Positions 25,301 through 35,714 of a stretch of DNA of 64,000 nt are shown one piece after another. Positions within the stretch are counted from its first letter, which is position 1, and every line of letters starts with the position of its first letter. The DNA comes from Klebsormidium nitens. Taxonomy: Eukaryota > Plantae > Klebsormidiophyceae. The stretch is from NCBI GenBank assembly GCA_000708835.1, contig DF237035.1:7899-71898 (forward strand), given 5' to 3'. A program made the translations under genes and the position numbers. The notes beneath the pieces are model-generated. The model did not search any database, had not been told where the DNA came from, and worked only from the letters and a program-made list of their open reading frames with translations.

Positions 25301-28123
25301 CGAGACGGGCAAGCAGCTGGTTACGGACCCCGAGCGGCAGCGCGACCCGGTCGAGTTCGTTCAACGGCTGCTCGACGAGAAGGACAAGTACGACCGGCTG
25401 ATCGCGCAGAGCTTCGGCAACGACAAGACGTTCCAGAACGCGCTCAACAGCAGCTTCGAGTTCTTCATCAACCTGAACACGCGCTCGCCCGAGTTCATCT
25501 CGCTATTCGTGGACGACAAGCTCAAGAAGGGGCTGAAAGGCGTGAGCGAGGAGGACGTCGAGGGCGTGCTGGACAAGGTCATGATGCTCTTCAGGTGAGC
25601 GCTGCGACGAGCAGTTAAACTATAGTCGCGAGCTTACGGTTCAGCAGAAGGTCGAGTTTTTTGAGAGGGTCGAGAATGCACCCTCGTTTCAATCTTTTGG
25701 TTGAAAGGTCTCGTTGGGGCGGCTGTCTGTTGTTGGACATCATGAATATATCGCCGCTCTCCATATCTCCCAAAGACGGACAGTGTGAGGAGGGCGGCGA
25801 CGCGTCGAAAGTCTGGAAGAGATCGTGATCGTGGATGATAGTGACGTGTGCAGAGGTGCATCTCGTCGGTCTTTTGCAGCGTCTGGACGATTGAAATTGC
25901 ATAAGTGGGTGAAATTTGCACGTAGAATCTCAAAGGCGCAGTCTTGTAGCGATGCAATCAGGTCCCTTAGCTAGAAGGCTTCCGCCTCTTTGGCCTTTCA
26001 ATGGCTACGGGAAAGCAGCCCGTGTCTTGGCCTCACTGGTGGGAGCCTGCTCGCTACTGGCTGCGGACTCTGTCACTGCGCTGGTCGACTATAGGCGGGC
26101 AATCAGGGGAGACTTTGGCGAGAACGATCATCTTGCCTCTTCCGGGAGACTTCGCAACTGGAGCGATAATTCATCTGCTAAGTTCGCCGAAAAAGGCTTT
26201 CAGCAGTTTGTAATCGTTTAGACATTATAATAAGCCGAAATGTTGGATTCGCAGGAAGGAACGAATTGGGATTGTCAAAATCAGCGCCGAAATCGTATCC
26301 CTCCCAATCTTAAGCATTTCTGGAACAGATGTGTTCGCCAAGTATGAAAGGGGGAACCTTCCCCCTTCTTCGTGGCGTCTGCCTTTGTTATCATCCCTGA
26401 AGTTGCGCCCTTTCCATCTGCAGGTACCTGCAGGAGAAGGACGTGTTTGAGAAGTACTACAAGCAGCACCTGGCGAAGCGGCTGCTGTCGGGGCGGACAG
26501 TGTCGGACGACGCGGAGCGCAGCCTGATCGTGAAGCTCAAGACGGAGTGCGGCTACCAGTTCACGTCCAAGCTGGAGGGCATGTTCACCGACATGAAGAC
26601 GTCCAAGGATACGATGGCCGCCTTTCAGCAAAAGATGGTGGAAGAGGGGAACGACTCGGACATTTCGCTACAGGTGGGTCGTCCGAACGCGCTCGGGGTT
26701 CCGTTGGATCTGAAGCGAGCCGGCAGATGGTGTTGAATGGTACACTTGTTTTTTTCCGAGAAGCTGTGTTCATACAGGAGCGAGGCACTGCTACGCGTCA
26801 GTCGGCAGGTAAAGCGTCCACGAGATTCCAGGCTTCGAGGTGGTTTCTGGCGAAACTGCAAAAGCAGCAACCGTTTGTGGTCAGGTGCAGAAGGGTGGGA
26901 TGGTTTGGAGTTAGGTCTCTGTTAAGCGGCGGTGGGCACAAGCGCTGGCGAAATCTGGTTGAAGCAAGGAAGTTGAAACCACTTGTGTCAGTATCGGTTT
27001 GAATGCTGGTGGTGAGGTTTGATTTATCTCCTTACCATTCGGCCCTGCAAATCGGCCCTGAAAACCTGTACTTTGGCGAGCATACCTTCTCTTTAGGATT
27101 GTCACATGGTATTCTACCTCGCTAAACTTGTTTTTCCATAACCCTCTTCTAAACCAGCGCTCTGATCCACCCCGGCACGTCCAAGTTTTGACGACGGGCT
27201 CGAGCCCAACCCAGCCGGGCGCCAAGGCATCCGTTACGTAACCCTCTTTCTCAACCCTCTGCTAACCCTCCCTTTGACCCCCATGCGCAGGTCCAAGTCT
27301 TGATGACGGGCTCGTGGCCAACATAGCCGGGCGCCAAGGCATGCTTTATTATTATTCAACGTCAACCCTCTTCTAAACCATCACTGTAAACCCCCATGTG
27401 CAGGTCCAAGTCCTGACGACAGGTTCGTGGCCAACCCAGCCGGGCGCCAAGGCCACCCTCCCCCCCGAGATCCTGGAGCAGTGCGACAAGTTCAAAAATT
27501 TCTACCTCTCCACGCACACCGGCCGGCGGCTCTCCTGGCAAACTAACATGGGCACGGCGGACCTGCGGGCGACGTTCGCGCACAGCCGACACGAGCTCAA
27601 CGTGTCGACGTACCAGATGTGCATCCTTCTGCTGTTCAACAACGCAGACGCGTTGTCGTACCAGGAGATCCAGGCGGCCACCGAGATTCCGGTGGCGGAT
27701 CTCAAGCGGAATCTGCAGTCGTTGGCGTGCGTCAAGGGGCGGAACGTGCTGCGGAAGGAGCCGGTCGGGAAGGACGTGGACGAGGATGACGTGTTCCACT
27801 TCAACGACAAGTTCACGAACAAGCTGCACAAGATCAAGATCGGGACGGTGTCGGCGCAGAAGGAGAGCGAGCCGGAGAAGCAGGAGACCCGGCAAAAGGT
27901 GGAGGAGGATCGGAAGCCGCAGATTGAGGCCGCGATCGTGCGGATCATGAAGTCGCGGCGGTTGCTGGACCACAATAACATCATTAGCGAGGTCACGAAG
28001 CAGTTGCAATCGCGATTCTTGCCAAACCCCGCGGTGATCAAGAAGCGGATCGAGAGTTTGATAGAGCGGGAATTCCTAGAAAGGGACAAGAACGACCGCA
28101 GGTTATACAGGTACTTGGCTTGA
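22355..28123 (+). CDS. CUL3: Cullin 3, 6 exons, 734 aa
   Basis: Exons 22355-22518, 23322-23681, 24442-24804, 25247-25594, 26424-26673, 27404-28123 (2205 nt). Motifs [45 protein letters not shown], neddylation region [12 protein letters not shown]. First intron is GC-AG. Confidence 0.97.
27135..27460 (+). repeat. Three tandem ~112-bp copies of the CUL3 intron 5 acceptor plus exon 6 start
   Basis: Exon-like starts GTCCAAGT... at 27179 (preceded by CAC), 27291 (CAG) and 27404 (CAG, functional). The upstream ACCCTCTTCTAAACC-like motif recurs with each copy (exact in copies 1 and 3). Confidence 0.95.
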
Positions 28124-29699
28124 GGCGGAGTCAGAAACTCGTGCGTCGCTGTCCTGTTGGTAACAGAAAAACCGTGTATAAAGTACCTCGACTGTCCGCA
28201 CCTTGTTGGGAAAGCTGCACATATGGAAGCTATCCCCCTCAATGGGCGCCTGTCTCTGTCATTCATTCTGGACGTGCACCAGCTTGGGATGTGATTCCAA
28301 GTCGAATTGCTATAAGTCAAATTGCTGTTTTAAGCTGAATCTAGCAACGCCGTTGACATGCAATATATGGCACCATGCAGCTTCAATCCGGAATGATGCC
28401 ATGCACTGAGAGCTAGTTCGTTAGATGGTCTATACATCACACTGAGCTGAGGGCACATTTGCAATGCAGCACATGTCAGTACGCGCCATGTGACAACCTA
28501 GTGCACGCGATTTTCTTCATAAATTGTACATATCTATGCTCGTTTATATGCATGTACTAGCAATTTGGACTCTTTCCAAGCTTGACATATACTTTGCATT
28601 CTGCAAACGCTCCCGTCTCTGGGCCCAGCATGCTTCGATCGTCATGTGTTTTGTTGGCCGCTGCTATCAGTCGTGGAGCCTGTCGATCATGCATGGCAGT
28701 GGCAGTCACGCGGTTTCAGTGTTCACTCTGAGTCCATGTTCTTCTTCGCAACCGTATAGGGATCAGCAGTTCAGTACATCCAAGCTAGTCCGGTGTTCAC
28801 ATGACGGTGTTGTGCAGTCTCTTTTGAAAGTCGATGATTCTTTCCTCCTTTTTCGTACCTATTATGGAAAGAGGAGCGGGTCTCCTTACGGTACCACTTG
28901 TGGCTCTTGAGTGGCAGCAATGTATGAGGACATACAAAGCAGGGTTCCTTTCAACCTTCCAACAAAGCAAGCCTGTCAACATCTCAAGAAACTTACTGTC
29001 CTAGCTTCGAGGCTTTGGGGGGCCATTTCTTATGGTTCTCTGCTCGGGTCACAAGAAGCTGCGATGGGGACGCACTTTCTGACGAGCACGGTGCGTTGCT
29101 TGGTTCACTAAGAGCTTCAATGGGTTATGATGAGTGCTAGAGTTGCTCGGGTCGCAGAAAGCTGTGGGATCAGGTTGCTATCATGTAGAAGCGTTGCCCC
29201 TGATTCGTTGTGCTTCGTAAGAGTAGTATCCCTGCCCGAACAATGTGTTCACTTTCAGGTGATGCAGCCCTTCCTGATTTTACTCGACCGCTGTGACAAT
29301 CTATCAACCGTCGTCCATATAGTAATAGTATACGCAGTCGGACATGTTCTGTACTGCTGCGACGTACCGGTCGTTTTGAGGATATTGATAAGTATCCTCT
29401 TCTTTTCGCACAGTGGCACCTTTTGAGCCCAAAAGTGACCATCGCCTAATCGCACATTTGCTGGCAGTAAAAGCCCCTCCGATATGATCGCTTCGAACGG
29501 CCTGGATCGATTAAGTTTCGATGCGGAAGCCTTTCCACGTTCTGGTTTGAAAGACTGGCGGAGTGATTATCGTGCTCTGAACAGGTTTGTAAGCGAGTAA
29601 GCGAAGAGGCGACCCTTATTGTCCAGCCCTACTTTGTGGCCAAGCTTCGTTTCCCGGCCTTTCCGATCCCTCTTATCCTCTTAAAACACTAAGCGCAAG

Positions 29700-30250
29700 T
29701 TCAGCCTTTCAAAAGAGCGACCTGCAGGATATAAAATAAAAAGATGGACAAAGCGTCTAACTTGAACAAACCACAAGCAGACTGGCTAATTCATACTCTT
29801 GTCATAGCTGCAACCGAATGCAAGTGGTCGCAAATCAGAAGACTGAATTTCGAGTACTTTTAGACAAAGGACGCACGGTATGCCATGCCAGCCCTCCAAG
29901 TCGCGTTTGCGCTTGCAGCTTATGCCAAGCTTCCTTTGATAAGACAGGGAACTCAACCGCCGAATACAGCGGATTGAGGACATTGCTTTGTCTATGGGTG
30001 ATCAATCTGGACAACGAAGACAGGACCAAGGATGGCGCTAGGGCATCGGTCAAGGGCTAGTAAGGGGTCACATTGTGCTCGGCCAGGGCCGACTGCTTGA
30101 GTGTTCACGCGGCCGTGTAATTTACTGTAGTGCTCACGCGGCCGGCCGGCCACTTGCTTATGTACGGAATCCGAATCGGCCTTGTCCGCCGGACGGCTGA
30201 AGTTACTTCGATGTCGACAGCACGGAACGTTTTCATCGGTGCCGGCTCAG
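29700..30250 (-). CDS. Possible small unknown protein (about 100 aa), weak
   Basis: In-phase candidate exons MKTFRAVD...WPAGR|GTGAGC and TAG|PLTDALAP...AWHT|GTGCGT, then CAG|VALLKG*. No recognisable homology. Confidence 0.25.
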
Positions 30251-30834
30251 CTTACACCTTCGACTGCGCAGTACTGGACGCTTGGACTCGGAGCACGTGG
30301 CGAGTCGCAAACTCTGCTGACAAGCTGCTTCCTTCAGCAGTGTCGCAGTCGTAAGGTCTCGCACGCGGCGACATCTGTACCAGTTACACCATTCACATGC
30401 AATTATGCATGTAGACGTCGTCACTCTGTCAGAATGTGAGCAACAAAAGCACAGCCGTGTCAGTACGGCACGAAGCTTGTCAGTGCATGGATGGATCCCT
30501 ACGAAGCGCTTGTGGATAAAGTTGGCCAAACGTCTCGTGTTAGCTCACCAGCAAAACTCTTCACTAATTTGAAGTGCCTTTGTGATCCTGGGACGTTATA
30601 TGGTGACCCGATCGCGGAAGCTCTCAGCACTCGTCTTTCTGATCAGAGTCAGCGACTTTTACTATCAGGACGCAGGTCACTCTCTTAGCTGGTGATTGTG
30701 CGGAAGGTCCTTGCATTCAGCAACGACGTTGAGTTGAGTAAGGGAAGGATCAGTAGTTGAGGTCACTAAAGCCATCGCATTTCAGCTCCCTACTATTTTT
30801 TCAAAACTGGGTGAAAGAGTCAGGCTGGGCGATC

Positions 30835-33800
30835 ATGCTTTCCACAAGGAGCGCCGTTGGTGGACCTGCCTGCATGGCTGAGACGCAACTGCAAAAGTTG
30901 AGCTCAGGGTCAGCTGCTCCGCCCTTCTGTGGTGTTGTCTCTGTTAGAAGTCGTGGAAGTCCTAGTGTGGCTCAGCTAGTCTCTCGGCCCCTTCTGGCTG
31001 CCCCATCGGCAGTGCCACCATTTGTGAAGAAGCTTGCGAAGGTTGACGTTCAATCAAGTCCGACCCATGGAGGCGTCCACTCGGTTATAAAAAAGACGGG
31101 CAAAACATGCAGTCCACGAGCTATTGCTGGAGGTGAGCTACTGAACTCTAGGCTCTGCAACCATTTCGCTTGCCTCTTGATCACATTCGAAGCCCTTCTG
31201 TTAACGTCATGGAAAGGTTGCAACATAGAACAGGCGAACACACCAGAAGATAATCGTTCTTGTCTGCACCAAACTTGGCTGCGACAATCTTGCCGCTGTT
31301 GAGTTGGTAGATTCATTCACTCAGGCCTGAAACTCCCCTGTTCGCTCAAGGCGCCTCGACTCGAGAAGCTGGATTCACATTCCCCTTGTGTTTTGGTTTG
31401 CATGCTTGGATGCCTTGCATTGTACTTGTTGTCCCTGCACATGCGCTGAGCCTCAACTAGCAATGCTGCGCTTCATTCTAGACGAGGCAGAATTGTGGCA
31501 GAACATTTGACCTTATTGTGTGTAAGCAACTATGGATATGTTTTCTCAAGTATGTTTTCGAAGTTAGGCATGTCCACAATCAGGGGTAGCTCCGATATAG
31601 GCGTTCCCTGCAGTCGCCTGAATGATGCAACTGAGGTGCTTCTATCTTTTCTGGGATTAAGCTACTGCTGACGAACATGGATTAAAAGAGCATCTGAAAT
31701 GAGCTGGTCACATTTCCGACCGCGTTTGCATAATTCAGATGCCTTTTCTGCTCTTTGACTCTCTAGAGGTGAGTTCTTGCGTTCATATGGTACCAGCCGA
31801 GAAGCATAACCCTTGTTGGTGTTGCTCATGACCCTGGATTCCAGCTTCATTAAATGAGCTGGCCACACTTCATGGCTGTATCAGTGCACATGCAACCTAC
31901 CCTTCCACTACCTACTTTCAAACTCCATCCCAAGAACCATCTCTATTCACATTCCTAAAGTAAATGGGATATCAAAAGGCATCTGCCCACTACTTTCAAC
32001 TTGCAGGTGTGACTTCTCGACCCGACTCAAAGGACACTCTCGACGAGCTTGCGCTCCTGCCGGGCGTCTCTTCCCCCAGCACCCCTCTGCGCTACAATGA
32101 CGTCATCCAGCTGATTGACGTCCAGCGGCCCTATTACGCGCTCTTCGATATGGCGCAACTTAGCAACGCCGCAAAACCTACAGTGCGTGGGTACTTCTTG
32201 AAAGAGTCTAGGCGGCATGAGGAGAACGGGGATCCTATAAGCGGGAGTGAGCTGGGACGACACAGTGCGATTATGGGCTCGGTTGCGTGTGCCCTGGCGA
32301 ACCCGGTGAAGGAGAAGCATTACTACCTGGCGTTTGGGGCCAAATCCGAGCGCATCCAAGGAGGAGGTAAGCCACTTATTTTAACCTGACACTGTCCGAG
32401 CTTGGGTTTTGTAGAATTCAGACGGTGTAAGTAGATCCTTGGCGAAAGCAGCAAAATGACGCTCTTGTATTTTGAGGTTAACCTGGTTGAGCTGGCTCAA
32501 CGCACGAAGCATTCATGCGTTCGTTCGTGGCATAGCTCTCATGGCAGCCTGACGATGCTTTGCTTTTGATCCTCTCGAGAAGCGGGACATGAAGAGGCAA
32601 GGTTCAGTAACATAACATCTTGCCAAAGGTTGGTTGAAAGCGTAGTTCTAAAATATGGTTAGAAATTGTAAGTTGGATGGAACTCTGGTTCGAAGTGGCT
32701 GGAAATTGTCTAGACGGCGGCATGAGATACATGTTATGAACAGAGCTTAAACAAAACGGTCCCATTTTGAAACCATGAATCAACGGCGATTGCATTTGCG
32801 TTATGCTCCAGTACAATTCGGTTGACGGAGAATTCAACGTGTCAATCGCTCCCTTTGACAGGCCAAGAGCGGTCATACGAATTGGACGACGAGCAAGCCG
32901 ACCTTATCCACGCCCTGGACCAGTCGAGTCGAAGCGGAGGCTTGTTCAAAGGGGTGGCAGAGTGCACGCTCTTCCGGCGCGGTATGGCCAAGGCTGTCAT
33001 CACAATCTTCCACTGGGGAACTTCAGGTATGTTTTATCTTTTCCGGCGGCGGGACTACTTTGTTTAAAGGAAAAGGGCTCCCGCATTCTTGCGTTGCATT
33101 TCTGTGTTTTTCTGATGTTATGTTGAAAGTAGACCAGCATTTGGTAGGGACGACAACTGCGAACGACACGGGTACAAAACTTAACGCAGTAAGGTGCGAC
33201 CCACTCCCATTTGAAGCATTTGGGGTGGGCTGCGCGCAATTAACACGATTTGGGTCTTCACGGAAATCGATTTGTCACTAGAGGCTACAAGACGGACCAG
33301 AAAGGATTGGTGTGAACGAGTATCAAGCGCTCTCGAGGTTTCAAACTTTCAGGGTTCGTTCTCAGGTTTGTCCTGACCCACTGCGACTTCCTTGCAATTC
33401 GTGTTTGTGGGTCGGTGCTCCGACGTCCAAACTTCCAACTGGAATATCCACCGGCACAGCCACACGTCAACTCCTATTTGGAGTAGTGTATGAATAAGAT
33501 CGTTTACCGCATACGCAAGAACTAGCATACACAGCTCTTGCTTTTTTGGACTCCAGTCGAGTTGGATAGTTCCTGAGTCTAGTACTTGCCAGGTATTTCA
33601 CGTTCCCACTGCTTTTCGGCTTTCATTGTGTCTGATCAGACGCCCAGATGCTAGTAATACCTTAAGTGACCATACTCATTTGCAATGGTGGAACTTTTGA
33701 CGCACCAGTAAATCTTGCAAGAGTTTCTGGCTGGTAGAACGCAGAAACAAAGATTCATATTGATACTTGCTGCTTCTATCCAGGAACCTACGAAGTTTAC

Positions 33801-34289
33801 GGACGCTTCGAGATTACCTATGCGGTCTTCACTTCGGAAGCCTTCCTCAAAACGGTCCCCCCCCTCCCCCACGGCTATGCTGCCCCAAGCGCCTTCCCCC
33901 CTAAGGGCCGGGCGGGTGACCGAAGCATGACGTCATGCAGCCCGTACGTGGATCCCGTCAGTATAGTGGAGACCCCCGAGCTGCACACGGGCGACACGCG
34001 AACCGGGGAGCTGCGCTTTCTGGACGCCTCGAAAGCGGCGGGTCATTTCCCCCTGCTCCCCGCACTCCCTGTTTCCGTGCTAGGATCAAACGCGCTCAAA
34101 TGCGTGTCCTTCTTCGAGGGGATTGAAAACTACCGGGTGCTAAATTGTAAGCTTAAGTTTAGTAAGCTGGTGTGGTTGGGGCAAACGGTGCGGTTTTGTG
34201 CGTCCAGAATGGGAGAAAATGCTTACCGGATCACCTTCAAGGTTGGGGAAGAGCAGGTTGGGAGCATGGAGGTGGTTTTGGACGTCTAG
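30835..34289 (+). CDS. Uncharacterised double-hotdog-fold-like protein (FabZ/AfsA-like motifs) with a putative organellar transit peptide, 4 exons, 442 aa
   Basis: Exons 30835-31132, 32007-32366, 32862-33026, 33784-34289 (1329 nt, all phase-1 GT-AG introns). Motifs PYYAL, PISGSELGRHSAIMGS, HYYLA, AGHFPLLPALPV. The N-terminal ~100 aa is S/A/P/R-rich. Confidence 0.75.
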
Positions 34290-34424
34290 CTGCACATCGT
34301 TCTGGCGGTTTTGCCTCAACTTGCAGCAGTGTTAGATTCGATTAAGTTGACTCAATTCGATGGAGGTTCGAGACGGAAGAGAGTTGAAGGTTGGCAGAAG
34401 TGAATTAGGGTAATTGGGAAGGTT

Positions 34425-35330
34425 CATTGCACCTATGTATATACTCAGAGTTTGTTAGTAAAAGGTAGACGCACGCACAGAGTTTAACGTACCTCAGGCT
34501 GAGAGAAAACTTTCTAGTGTACCTAGGTAATGTGGTACACTAGAAAGTGGACAGAAGGAGTTTGTAAAACCAGGGTAGACGCACGCTATAGTTGCACGCG
34601 ATATTGTAACGGTTTCAAAACCAGGATAGGCGCACGCTTCAGACGCACGCGATAATGTAACGGTTTCAAAACTTAGTCAATGAAAAGTGATACGGAAATT
34701 GGACAAGTAAACATACGTGGTATTTTTGAACCTGGTAATCTGGATTGGAAGTTGATTTTGCTCCTTGCCAAATCGAACTTGCGTACGTCAGGCCGGTCGT
34801 TCCCGTGCAGGCAACTGCCTGGCATGTGCCCATGGGTGACCTTAAACATCATGCGCTGCAGTTGTTTGCTGGCAACAACGTGCATCAAGATGAAACGCGG
34901 AACATACCTAACCTCATGGGGAATTACTTACACGATGTTGTGGACCCTTTTCAAAATTTTACCGTATGGCAAAAACTAGATGTTGTGCACCCGTTTCAAA
35001 ATTTTACCGTATGGCAAAAACTAGATATGTGCAAAATTGCATAACCGTGTGGCAAAATCTACATAGGTACATGTGTACACAAATCAGCAAGCATTTCTTT
35101 CAGATTTGTAGGCGGTTCAATTCATCTGGGCACGGACCCTTTCCAGACGTCCTTGCATGCAACCAATAAGGAAACTTGTCAAGGACGTTCGAATGACCAA
35201 ATACATAACACATACCGTACCAATGTAACATGCATGTAAAAACGTGAATATACCACAACCTCTAATAAAAATACCATATATAACCAGAATAACCGTAATT
35301 AACGTGGCCTATACTCCATAACGTACATTC
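34425..35330. repeat. AT-richer intergenic element with a 15-bp hairpin and two minisatellite families; possible non-autonomous transposon relic
   Basis: Perfect inverted repeat 34509-34523 / 34534-34548. ~51-bp direct units at 34566 and 34617. 45-bp units at 34934, 34979 and 35024 (degenerate). Imperfect ~14-bp inverted ends at 34425-34439 and 35060-35073. Confidence 0.7.
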
Positions 35331-35714
35331 AACATGATCATGTGGTAGTAACGAGCATAGCTACACAAGACTCCAATTGCAAGCCTGCGGTGTATCATCC
35401 ATTCCCATTCAAGGTTCAAACTTGTGGCACGAAAAGTTCACTGAAATCGTGCGGCTAACTTCCACAAAAGACAATGAATGCCAATGTCTAGTTTACAATT
35501 TGATCGTACAATCACCAACTACAATGAATTTCGGTAGCTGATAAAATTGGATATTACTCCTACAACGCTAGAGCCGCAATCAGCCCTGAATCAGTGCAAG
35601 CATCATCACTAACAGACGGCCCAAATCAGCCACGTCGATCAAAATACAAAAACCTATTCTTGCCCTATGCAACGCGTGCTAAGATCACCTCCTACGCAAA
35701 TTTACAATCGCTTC

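Noticed and set aside
27502-28320. 272-aa minus-strand ORF
   Set aside because: Antisense shadow of the high-GC3 CUL3 last exon, with no recognisable motifs.
34934-35070. CRISPR-like repeat-spacer look
   Set aside because: The apparent spacers are near-identical (tandem 45-bp units), there are only 2-3 copies, the context is eukaryotic, and no cas genes are present.
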